From the sequence record PX136376.1: 44,388 nucleotides of DNA. One strand, given 5' to 3'. The DNA is from a phage. A program made the translations under genes and the position numbers. Every line of letters begins with the position of its first letter. Positions within the stretch are counted from its first letter, which is position 1. Below are positions 7,710 through 15,798 of this stretch, in pieces. Under the pieces are notes generated by a model. That model was not told the origin of the DNA, searched no databases, and worked only from the letters and a program-made list of their open reading frames with translations.

Positions 7710-8759
7710 ATGGCAATTACCACTATCGGCGATATCGTAACTGGCAACATCCCGGTCCTGGCGTCTTATATGACCGAGGACCCGGTAGAAAAAACCGCGT
7801 TCTTCCAGTCTGGTATTCTCACCCCGACCCCATACGCCGCCGAGATTGCCCGCGGCCCGTCCAACGTCGCTAATATTCCTTTCTGGAAAGCGATTGATAC
7901 CTCTATCGAGCCGAACTACTCGAACGACGTATACCAGGACATCGCCACCCCGCGTAACGTGCAGACCGGCGAGATGATGGCGCGCGTTGCGTACCTGAAC
8001 GAAGGTTTCGGTCAGGCGGATTTGACCGTTGAACTGACCAGCCAGAACCCGCTGCAATCCGTAGCGTCACGTCTGGATAACTTCTGGCAGCGTCAGGCAC
8101 AACGCCGTCTGATTGCTACCGCGCTCGGGCTGTACAATGACAACGTAGCCGCTACCGACGCATACCACGAGCAGAATGACATGGTAATCGACGTGTCTGC
8201 TACTCTGGGCTTCGATGCGGGCGCGTTCATCGACGCTACCCAGACTATGGGCGATGCTCTGATGGGCAACGGCGGTGAAGTGCTGGGGGCTATCGCGATG
8301 CATAGCTTCGTTTATGCGCAGGCACGTAAGCAGCAGCTTATCGACTTCATCCGTGACGCGGACAACAACACCATGTTCGCCACCTACCAGGGCTACCGCG
8401 TGATTGTTGACGACAGCATGACCGTAGTCGGCACTGGCCCGACCCGTAAGTTCATCTCCATCATCTTCGGCAACGGCGCTATCGGTTACGGTGAAGGTAA
8501 TCCGTCCAACCCGCTGGAATACGAACGCGAAGCGTCCCGCGGTAACGGCGGTGGTGTTGAAACCCTGTGGACCCGTAAGACCTGGTTGCTGCACCCGTTC
8601 GGCTACAGCTTCACCAGTGCAGTAATCACCGGCAACGGCACCGAGACTACCCCGCGCTCCGCTTCCTGGCAGGACCTGGCGAACGCCTCCAACTGGAACC
8701 GTGTTGTTGACCGCAAGCATGTACCGATTGCCTTCCTGGTAACTGGTGTAGGGGCTTAA
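7710..8759 (+). CDS. major capsid protein
   Basis: 349 aa; strong RBS gaggaaa; follows scaffold gene and is followed by a strong terminator; position-based. Confidence 0.7.
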   Translation: MAITTIGDIVTGNIPVLASYMTEDPVEKTAFFQSGILTPTPYAAEIARGPSNVANIPFWKAIDTSIEPNYSNDVYQDIATPRNVQTGEMMARVAYLNEGFGQADLTVELTSQNPLQSVASRLDNFWQRQAQRRLIATALGLYNDNVAATDAYHEQNDMVIDVSATLGFDAGAFIDATQTMGDALMGNGGEVLGAIAMHSFVYAQARKQQLIDFIRDADNNTMFATYQGYRVIVDDSMTVVGTGPTRKFISIIFGNGAIGYGEGNPSNPLEYEREASRGNGGGVETLWTRKTWLLHPFGYSFTSAVITGNGTETTPRSASWQDLANASNWNRVVDRKHVPIAFLVTGVGA

Positions 8760-8773
8760 GGTTAAGCTATAAT

Positions 8774-8803
8774 CGAGAGGGACTTCGGTCCCTCTTTTCA
8801 TTT
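8774..8803 (+). terminator. rho-independent terminator (UUCG tetraloop)
   Basis: stem AGAGGGAC/GTCCCTCT, loop TTCG, followed by TTTTCATTT. Confidence 0.7.
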
Positions 8804-8820
8804 ACTAAGAGGATTCCTAA

Positions 8821-9162
8821 ATGGCAGACGTATTGAAGCGACGCATCACCGGCGTCTCCGCTGACGCCCCGGGCGCTAAGATTGACATGGCGACTATTTC
8901 TCCTGCGTCTTTCTCATCCGCGCTGGCGGCTACTACCGCAGTAACCGCAGGTGAAACTATGACGCTGACAGTCGCAGTAACTGGCGGTCTGGAGCCATAT
9001 TCTTATCAGTGGTATAAGAATAACAACGCTATCGCCGGTGCTACCGCGGCTACCTATGCTAAAGCGTCGACCACTACCGCCGATTCTGGCACGTATAAAG
9101 TGGTTGTTCACGATGTGTATGGTAATATTATTTCCAGCAGCACCGAAGCAACTGTGTCTTAA
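8821..9162 (+). CDS. Ig-like domain protein (possible capsid decoration, Hoc-like)
   Basis: 113 aa; YQWYKNN...ADSGTYKVVV pattern typical of Ig-like I-set/Big domains. Confidence 0.5.
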   Translation: MADVLKRRITGVSADAPGAKIDMATISPASFSSALAATTAVTAGETMTLTVAVTGGLEPYSYQWYKNNNAIAGATAATYAKASTTTADSGTYKVVVHDVYGNIISSSTEATVS

Positions 9163-9166
9163 TGCA

Positions 9167-9184
9167 ACGGCCCTTCGGGGCCGT
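9167..9184 (+). other. GC-rich stem-loop with UUCG tetraloop
   Basis: ACGGCCC-TTCG-GGGCCGT; no T-tract, so more likely an RNA stability/processing hairpin than a full terminator. Confidence 0.35.
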
Positions 9185-9198
9185 AATAAGGAAAGGTC

Positions 9199-9378
9199 AT
9201 GGCTGATAATTATGTAATCCGCGAAAAGTACACCCACGTTGACGTTGTTGACGGTCAGGTGATGCCTGTTCGCGGTGTTGTAGAGGCGGATGAACTGGTC
9301 GCAACCCAACCGGACAACAAAGAAGCGCACAACAACGGCGGTGGTGCCAAGCGTCGTCGCCGTAAGTCAGAGGAATAA
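9199..9378 (+). CDS. small hypothetical protein (59 aa, basic C-terminus)
   Basis: RBS aaggaaagg before ATG; ends KRRRRKSEE; below ORF-track cutoff. Confidence 0.4.
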   Translation: MADNYVIREKYTHVDVVDGQVMPVRGVVEADELVATQPDNKEAHNNGGGAKRRRRKSEE

Positions 9379-9381
9379 TTT

Positions 9382-9894
9382 ATGCCGCTAATCGTGGAAA
9401 CGGGGGCAATCGTCCCGAATGCTGATTCGTACATCTCACTAGCGGACGCCCGCGCGTTAGCGGCTAATTATGGCCTTGAACTACCGGCAGACGATACCGC
9501 TGCAGAGGTGGCCTTGCGCAACGGTGCTACTTATGTCGGGCTTGCAGAACCGCAGATGTGCGGTCGTCGTGTATCCGCTGAACAGTCTCTGGCGTATCCT
9601 CGCACTGGTGTAACATTGAATGGTTTCCCCGTATCGAACAACGTTATCCCGAAACAGGTAATTCTTGCGCAAGTAATCGCTGCGGCTACATACGGTGCTG
9701 GTACTGAGGTGCGGGCTAACTCTGACGGTCGTTCCGTGCAGACAGAGCGCGTAGAGGGCGCGGTGACAGTGACCTACTTCAACAACGGCAGCAGTGGCGC
9801 TACAACCGCGATTACCGCTGCGGACGACGCCTTACGCCCGTTACTGTGCGGTGGTCTTAACAATGGCTTCTCGTTTAACGTGTACCGGGGCTGA
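9382..9894 (+). CDS. hypothetical structural protein (head-tail joining region)
   Basis: 170-aa ORF in tightly packed structural operon; position-based. Confidence 0.4.
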   Translation: MPLIVETGAIVPNADSYISLADARALAANYGLELPADDTAAEVALRNGATYVGLAEPQMCGRRVSAEQSLAYPRTGVTLNGFPVSNNVIPKQVILAQVIAAATYGAGTEVRANSDGRSVQTERVEGAVTVTYFNNGSSGATTAITAADDALRPLLCGGLNNGFSFNVYRG

Positions 9895-9896
9895 AA

Positions 9897-10517
9897 ATGG
9901 CGAAGACTAAAACAGAGATGTTTACCCTTATCGGCGCGAACCTCCCAGATAACACCGCCGGACTTATTACCCCCGCGAAGCTACGCGAGGTAATGACGCA
10001 GATGGCCGACTCGCCTATTTACGCCACTCCGGGTGTTAAAGAGGTTGAAGTTCTCCGCGCTGCGTCTACCGTAATACAAGCGCCAACAGCGACGGACACG
10101 GCGTTGCAGTTAACTTTTGGCTCCGCTAAGGGAAGTGCATCTGACCCGGTAATGATTAATGCCGCCGGGCTGGTTACGTTCAACGCCGCAGGCAACTACG
10201 CCGTTCGCATCAAGTTACAAGCTGGCCGCACAGGGGCCAGCGGTACATCTATCCTGCTATCACGTATTTTAGTAAACGGCGCTCAGTACGGCTCACCCGC
10301 CGCCACGAAACTGGTAAGCGCCGACATAACAATCCCGATTGAATCCCGCGTCGTTATTAACCCTGCAGCAGGCCAGACGTTTGCCGTTCAGATTATGCGA
10401 GATAGCGCAGGGAGCAACTTCGGCGGTGTATATCCGCAAGCGGCTACAGTAACCTCATGGGCACAGCGCCGTCAGCGTTATTGGTTATCTCGAGACTGGA
10501 GGCCGCGTAATGCGTAA
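9897..10517 (+). CDS. hypothetical structural protein
   Basis: 206-aa ORF; position-based. Confidence 0.4.
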   Translation: MAKTKTEMFTLIGANLPDNTAGLITPAKLREVMTQMADSPIYATPGVKEVEVLRAASTVIQAPTATDTALQLTFGSAKGSASDPVMINAAGLVTFNAAGNYAVRIKLQAGRTGASGTSILLSRILVNGAQYGSPAATKLVSADITIPIESRVVINPAAGQTFAVQIMRDSAGSNFGGVYPQAATVTSWAQRRQRYWLSRDWRPRNA

Positions 10518-10637
10518 AATAATTAATATGTGGATTAATTCTGATTTTTTGTGGAAGTACGAATTTTTGGTATCAGTGTTTGCGCTGGTATCAACAACAG
10601 CTCTAATTATATTTTTAGCGGTTTGCGGGGAGTCAAC

Positions 10638-10997
10638 ATGAGCACCGCCTTCAGTAAACGTATGCAAGGCGTTGGTACGCGCCTGCTAACCAAATTCGGT
10701 AGCACGGTATCTCTAGTCCGCGCTGGCTCGAAAGTGTGGGACGAAATTCTCGGTGAGTACGTCTGGTCCGCGGATGAAGTGCTGCCGTTGAAGGCCGTTC
10801 CGGTTCCGGTAAACGCAGGACTGGTAAACGGTACGACGATTCAGGCGGGCGACATGATTGTTAAAGCGGATTGCAGTGTCGTTCCGAAGATGGAAGACAA
10901 GGTGCAATTCGGCGGCGAGCAATGGTCTGTCGTGGTCATCGAGAAGAAGATGGTTAACGATGATGTTGTGGCCTACTTTATTCAGGTGAGAAAATGA
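10638..10997 (+). CDS. hypothetical structural protein (possible head-tail adaptor)
   Basis: ATG at 10638 with RBS ggggag; ORF-track frame opens at 10551 inside an AT-rich intergenic region. Confidence 0.4.
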   Translation: MSTAFSKRMQGVGTRLLTKFGSTVSLVRAGSKVWDEILGEYVWSADEVLPLKAVPVPVNAGLVNGTTIQAGDMIVKADCSVVPKMEDKVQFGGEQWSVVVIEKKMVNDDVVAYFIQVRK

Positions 10998-11494
10998 GTT
11001 TCGCGCTTGATGTCTCTAAGTTCGTGGAAAAGGCGAAGAAGAACCCTGAGAAGGTGATGCGTCAGGTGTCTATCAAGCTGTTTTCCGCTATCATAAAGGC
11101 GAGTCCGGTAGATACAGGCCGGTTCCGAATGAACTGGATGGCCTCTGGCAGTACCCCCGCTTCCGGTACAAGCCGCGGTACTGACCCTAGCGGGGCGAAC
11201 GCAATAAGTGCCATGGTTTCTACCGTGTCTGGTTTACCCGACTGGAGCGAGTTCACCCTGACAAATAATCTGCCGTATGCGGAAGTTATAGAGTTCGGGG
11301 GTTACGCTACCGGCTTCCATGGCCCTAAGCGTCCTTCTAACTTAGGCTCTAAATTTGTTGGCCCATTGAGGCCGAAAGCGCCCAGCAGAACAACCACAGA
11401 CGGATATTCCCTTCAGGCTCCGCAAGGTGTTGTCCGGGTTAACGTTCAGCGATTCAATAAACTGCTCGAAGAAGAAGCGAGGAAGTATAAATAA
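10994..11494 (+). CDS. HK97 gp10-like neck/head-tail joining protein
   Basis: PVDTGRFRMNW motif resembling the HK97-gp10 family signature (recalled). Confidence 0.55.
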   Translation: MSFALDVSKFVEKAKKNPEKVMRQVSIKLFSAIIKASPVDTGRFRMNWMASGSTPASGTSRGTDPSGANAISAMVSTVSGLPDWSEFTLTNNLPYAEVIEFGGYATGFHGPKRPSNLGSKFVGPLRPKAPSRTTTDGYSLQAPQGVVRVNVQRFNKLLEEEARKYK

Positions 11495-11907
11495 TGGGCT
11501 ACTTTGAGGACTTAACAAAAGCGTTCGATGTTCCGCTGGTAGCCTTCGGAACCGCCAACGGCATCAAGGTTGCGCTTGAAAACATCGACGCGCCGACGTC
11601 AACCGATACGCCGTATCTGGCGAGTTACATGCTACTGGCAGATACCGAGCAGGCGGATTTGTTCTTCACTGAGCAACGCTCTGGTATTTATCAGGTAGAC
11701 ATTAACTACGCATCGGTGAAAGGTAGCGCGCCAATCAATAAAATGGCAGACTTACTTAACACGGCGTTTAAAGCAGGTAAGTCATTTTCGCGTAACGACA
11801 TCTGCGCCGAGGTTCAATCGGTTAGCCTGGGGCCGCTGATTGTAGAAAACGGATGGGCCAAACGGCCATTGTCAATTAACTTTATAGCATTCACCAAGAG
11901 GCTGTGA
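11494..11907 (+). CDS. putative tail completion/terminator protein
   Basis: 137 aa immediately upstream of major tail protein; position-based. Confidence 0.35.
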   Translation: MGYFEDLTKAFDVPLVAFGTANGIKVALENIDAPTSTDTPYLASYMLLADTEQADLFFTEQRSGIYQVDINYASVKGSAPINKMADLLNTAFKAGKSFSRNDICAEVQSVSLGPLIVENGWAKRPLSINFIAFTKRL

Positions 11908-11909
11908 AT

Positions 11910-13076
11910 ATGGCTACAACTCCTTTTAAGGGCGCGAATACCGCGCAATTCTATGTGGCGGAAGTGACCCCGGGTGTAACACCGACTAACCCGGTCTGGT
12001 CACCATTACGTAACACGGGCGGTGTTCCTGCCATTACCCGTGACACACTGACCTCCAACGAACTCGACGGCAGCCGTGAAACTACATCCATCCGCACCGG
12101 TAACAAACAGGTTAGCGGTGAATACGCAATTGAGCTTAGCTCTAAAAGCCAGGATGACTGGTTGGCAGGTGCTTTAGGCTCTACGTGGCAATCCGGTGTT
12201 TCTCTGCCAGGACTATCGATCACCGTCGCGCCCGCGGGCAAGACGTTCACACGCGCTACCGGCAGTTTTATCACTGACGGAGTTGGGGTAGGCGACCTGA
12301 TTGCGTTTACCGACTTAACAGGCGATAACGCAAAACCATTTATTGTTACCGCAGTAACGGCTACCGTTGTTACTGGTGCAGGCATCCAACACACCCTGAC
12401 CACCGAGACAAAAACTAGTAAGGCTAAAACTGGCGACACGCTGGAAACCGGTAACACATGTAAGACGTTCTCTATTCTCACCTGGTACAAAGGACAGTGC
12501 GGCGGGACTGACGCATACACACTAACCAAAGGTGTGGAAGTTTCCGGTTTCACCGTTGAGCAGGCCGTTAACGCGATGGTTACAGGTAGCTTCCCGTTCA
12601 TCGGGCGCAGCCAGGAGATTCTTACTACGCCGCCGTCTGGTTCCAACTTCTCCTCTGTCACGTTTGGTGATGAGCCATTCTCCTCGGTTGACGTTTCTGT
12701 GTTTGACGGCTATACGCCGTTGCGTTGCGACAGCCTGACCATCACCAACGACAACAGCGCATCCGCGCAGTTCGAACTCGGCAACACTAACGTAGCGTTT
12801 GTAGAACGTAGCCGCGCGGCTAACACCTTCTCCATCTCCGGCAAGCTGTATGACATGGCGATGATTCAGAAGTTTATCAACGAGCAGCAGGTAGAGATTA
12901 ACTCTATTCTGGCGGGGGTAAACGGGGCTATGTCTTTCAGTTTGAAACGTGCGGAGCTTACGGCAGTTACCCCAGAGATTGGCGGACCTGAGTCAATCAC
13001 TCAGTCCATTGAAGGCCAGGCTACTGGCAACCAGTACCAGTCGTCTATTGTTATTCAGCGTATCACCTACGCATAA
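11910..13076 (+). CDS. major tail protein
   Basis: ~389 aa just upstream of chaperone/tape-measure genes; RBS aagagg 9 nt before ATG 11910; followed by strong terminator. Confidence 0.55.
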   Translation: MATTPFKGANTAQFYVAEVTPGVTPTNPVWSPLRNTGGVPAITRDTLTSNELDGSRETTSIRTGNKQVSGEYAIELSSKSQDDWLAGALGSTWQSGVSLPGLSITVAPAGKTFTRATGSFITDGVGVGDLIAFTDLTGDNAKPFIVTAVTATVVTGAGIQHTLTTETKTSKAKTGDTLETGNTCKTFSILTWYKGQCGGTDAYTLTKGVEVSGFTVEQAVNAMVTGSFPFIGRSQEILTTPPSGSNFSSVTFGDEPFSSVDVSVFDGYTPLRCDSLTITNDNSASAQFELGNTNVAFVERSRAANTFSISGKLYDMAMIQKFINEQQVEINSILAGVNGAMSFSLKRAELTAVTPEIGGPESITQSIEGQATGNQYQSSIVIQRITYA

Positions 13077-13106
13077 AACTAAGGCCCCGAAAGGGGCCTT
13101 TTTTAT
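13077..13106. terminator. bidirectional rho-independent terminator (family copy 2)
   Basis: AAGGCCCC-GAAA-GGGGCCTT followed by TTTTTTATT; sits between convergent major tail gene and minus-strand cassette. Confidence 0.7.
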
Positions 13107-13336
13107 TACTCATCAATGTTACTCCTGTACTCCCGTAACTTTTCCAGACTTTCAATTGCTTCCGCTAAGTCGGTTCCGGTGTCCTTGTGTCCACGTAAAC
13201 CCATGCACAATAGCTTCTTCAATGCGTGCTGTAACGCCGGGTCGCGGATGTCGAAAGCGCGGAGCACATCATAAACGTCTACTGTCATAGTGCTGCCGTG
13301 AGTATTTGTCATTGTGCGGTTGTATTTTGAAGTCAT
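13106..13336 (-). CDS. hypothetical protein (76 aa), last gene of minus-strand cassette
   Basis: start overlaps stop of upstream gene (ATGA); no recognised motif. Confidence 0.45.
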   Translation of the reverse strand: MTSKYNRTMTNTHGSTMTVDVYDVLRAFDIRDPALQHALKKLLCMGLRGHKDTGTDLAEAIESLEKLREYRSNIDE

Positions 13337-14463
13337 CCCAGCATCTCCGGTGAAATAGTTAAACGTGCGACCTCGCCATATTCGGCGCTATAAGTAATTA
13401 CATTTGCACTGCGGCCTGACATCCACCCGCCGCGGGAGGCATAGGCGTCTTTAGCCGCTAAGGTGCGGTGTTGCTCAACAATCATGTTACGGCTTTCTAC
13501 AATCTTCTGGTGGTGCAGGTGGCCTACGTGGGCGTAGCTATAGACACTCTCACCGAACGCTTTGCGGAATTTGGCAATCATAACCGGTTCGATAGCATCG
13601 AATCGCGCCTTATGCCCGTGGTGAAAGAACAACGTCGTTTTTCCGTGTTGCACCATCTTGTAAACATCCGGCGACGTATCGACAATCACTCGGCTGTCGT
13701 TCGAATATAAAACTGTGAACATTTCAGCCAGCCATACAGAGCCTACAGGGTCATGGTTCCCCTGTACGATAAGCAAGCGAACATTTTTATGTTTAACCAG
13801 TGCCATATCTACAACACGGCGTACCATACGAATCATGTAGCGGACGAGTTTCTGGTAGCGAGTGTCTGCGTCCAACACGTGACGCGACTCAGGTGTAACG
13901 GCATCCAGACTATCGAAGTGCGCGAAATCACCCAGCAGGTTAATAACTCCTGTTCCTGCATCCGGTGCTTTCTGAAACGCCGCGTCGAACCAACGAGAGA
14001 ACAGGTCTTCCGCAATCTTTATATCCCAGTCGTCGCCGCTCTCGTCGGCCCAGGCAAGCATACCGAGATGGAAATCAGATACCGTGTAAAGATTGAGTAG
14101 CTTGTCGTCGCGTTTGGCTCGAGTCGCTTTAGCCGGCGCAACTGGCGTAATCTCTGACTTCATGCCTTCAATCACGGCTTTCATCAACTCGACCTGACGT
14201 TCAGCGTCGGTGTCTGTCTTAACCCATTGCAACTTAGTATTGCCGAACTCGTCTACCAGAGACGACGTCCCTTTAATCTTGTAGCCGTCTGGGACAAGGT
14301 GGCTAACGTCACGCCCGTGGCCTACACCTTTCTTAGCCAGCTTCGCTTTACGGATACGAATAACTCGGTCTGAGATGCCGTATTTACGGGCGATGTCTAC
14401 ATTCTTCATCCCGGCGTTCAATTCTTCCTGTAACTGTTCGTCGGTTATTTTCTTCTGGGCCAT
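13333..14463 (-). CDS. HTH-domain protein fused to calcineurin-like metallophosphoesterase (Mre11/SbcD-like or phosphatase-like)
   Basis: N-terminal HTH-like segment (NVDIARKYGISDRVIRIRKAKL); metallophosphoesterase motifs DFH, GDFAHFD, GNHD, HHGH, GHLHH; RBS gaggaag. Confidence 0.7.
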   Translation of the reverse strand: MAQKKITDEQLQEELNAGMKNVDIARKYGISDRVIRIRKAKLAKKGVGHGRDVSHLVPDGYKIKGTSSLVDEFGNTKLQWVKTDTDAERQVELMKAVIEGMKSEITPVAPAKATRAKRDDKLLNLYTVSDFHLGMLAWADESGDDWDIKIAEDLFSRWFDAAFQKAPDAGTGVINLLGDFAHFDSLDAVTPESRHVLDADTRYQKLVRYMIRMVRRVVDMALVKHKNVRLLIVQGNHDPVGSVWLAEMFTVLYSNDSRVIVDTSPDVYKMVQHGKTTLFFHHGHKARFDAIEPVMIAKFRKAFGESVYSYAHVGHLHHQKIVESRNMIVEQHRTLAAKDAYASRGGWMSGRSANVITYSAEYGEVARLTISPEMLG

Positions 14464-14528
14464 GCTTACTTCCTCGTGTTTAGGATTTGTCCTATTTAAC
14501 CACAGTGGATTCCTTTAAATAAAGGCAA

Positions 14529-14855
14529 CTATTTACTTTCTGCGCCTATTGCCCATCCAGTCATTACCATTTGCAGACGGGTGGCTGTCAGAAGGCTGTA
14601 AAACGCGTCCCCGGTTTTCTCTACCGAACGTATTACCGTGTATGTTACGGCTTGCGGAGGTAGGCCCGATTTACCGACATCTACGGCGGCCTCGCATTCA
14701 CGGACTGTGGAGTCCTTAAATGCCTTTACAATAGTAGGGTCGGCTTTATCAAGCACACCAGAAGTCATAAGAACAGATTCACTAAATACCTGTTCGCACG
14801 GGGCTCCAAAAGTAGCAAAAGACATAAACCCCAGAGCTAATACTAATTTACGCAT
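14529..14855 (-). CDS. secreted/periplasmic protein (108 aa)
   Basis: N-terminal signal peptide MRKLVLALGFMSFATFGA; RBS gagga; first gene downstream of conserved promoter element. Confidence 0.55.
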   Translation of the reverse strand: MRKLVLALGFMSFATFGAPCEQVFSESVLMTSGVLDKADPTIVKAFKDSTVRECEAAVDVGKSGLPPQAVTYTVIRSVEKTGDAFYSLLTATRLQMVMTGWAIGAESK

Positions 14856-14881
14856 AATTATTTCCTCAGTAAGTTACATGT

Positions 14882-14912
14882 GAATAGTACCCTATTATAT
14901 TGGGGTGTGCAA
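14882..14912 (-). promoter_or_regulatory. conserved promoter/operator element, class 1 copy 3
   Basis: minus-strand TTGCAC-N17-TACTAT upstream of the three-gene cassette; plus-strand TTACAT-N17-TATATT toward tail chaperone gene. Confidence 0.5.
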
Positions 14913-15019
14913 GTAGTGTGCTAGAATAAGTTTGCGCCTAGTGTCGCACACGAAAAGCGGGTGGTTCCCGCCTGGCGCATTAACCATAACCAGTAACCTC
15001 TTAACCAAAGGACTAAAGA

Positions 15020-15436
15020 ATGAAACTTTCTGATTTCTATTTTGCCGACCGCCACGCCGCCGGTACTAAAATGCCTATCCTTCTGCCCAGTGGTAAAGAT
15101 TCCGGTGAATGGTTGCAGGTCATCGGCCCCGATTGTGACGCTGGTGTTCGTGCGGGCCGTGCCTACACAACGGCAATTCGACGCCTTACGGAAGAACTTG
15201 CGCCATTAGATAAAGAGTGCGAGGCGCTGAATAACTGGGCGCGCTATAATGATGAGAAGGGCTGGCGGGTGATGGACCTGAACAAGCAGCTTGCCGTGGA
15301 AATCGTCACCGGTTGGTCATTCGACGAACCATTCAGCAAAGAGGCGCTTGCTAACCTGTTCGACCAGTACAGTGGGTTGGCAGAGGCCGTAGTTAAGCAT
15401 CACACCGATAGCCGTGAGAAACTCTCGGAAAAGTAA
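15020..15436 (+). CDS. tail assembly chaperone (lambda gpG-like)
   Basis: 138 aa immediately upstream of tape measure gene; followed by a -1-frame ORF extension. Confidence 0.6.
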   Translation: MKLSDFYFADRHAAGTKMPILLPSGKDSGEWLQVIGPDCDAGVRAGRAYTTAIRRLTEELAPLDKECEALNNWARYNDEKGWRVMDLNKQLAVEIVTGWSFDEPFSKEALANLFDQYSGLAEAVVKHHTDSREKLSEK

Positions 15437-15798
15437 AAGCGCTGTATGAATTTGCGCAATGGTGCTTTGTCGACCGCCACAAACGTAAGCAATTCGACGA
15501 CATCGCGGCGGGCCACCAGGCGGCTTTGATTGCAATGGGCGTGATTAAAGAACCGCAGATGAAAGAAGCGACGGGGCCGGAATGCCCCGTTTCTCTTATC
15601 GACGTGTTCGAGAAATACCGTGCCATTAAATTCCTACAGCGCGAAACAGATGATACTATCGTTATAATCCCGCGCGATGCGCTCAAATGGCAAGATTTGG
15701 TAGCGTTTCGTGATGTCGCCGGTTACGGCATAAGTTTGTTCGAAGCCGAGGTTATCATGGGCTTAGACGGAATATTTGAGGGCAGAGAAGATGGCTGA
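15020..15798 (+). CDS. tail assembly chaperone frameshift product (gpGT-like), -1 slip near 15430-15433
   Basis: -1 frame is open from 15418 to 15798; G frame ends GAA AAG TAA, allowing P-site slippage A_AAG to AAA next to the stop codon; conserved G/T arrangement of long-tailed phages. Confidence 0.5.

Noticed and set aside
8067-8801. 244-aa minus-strand ORF inside the major capsid gene
   Set aside because: Fully antisense to a strongly supported structural gene; no RBS; typical shadow ORF in GC-balanced coding sequence.
10518-10637. AT-rich intergenic region as a possible late promoter
   Set aside because: No convincing -35/-10 pair or conserved element; kept only as a possibility.
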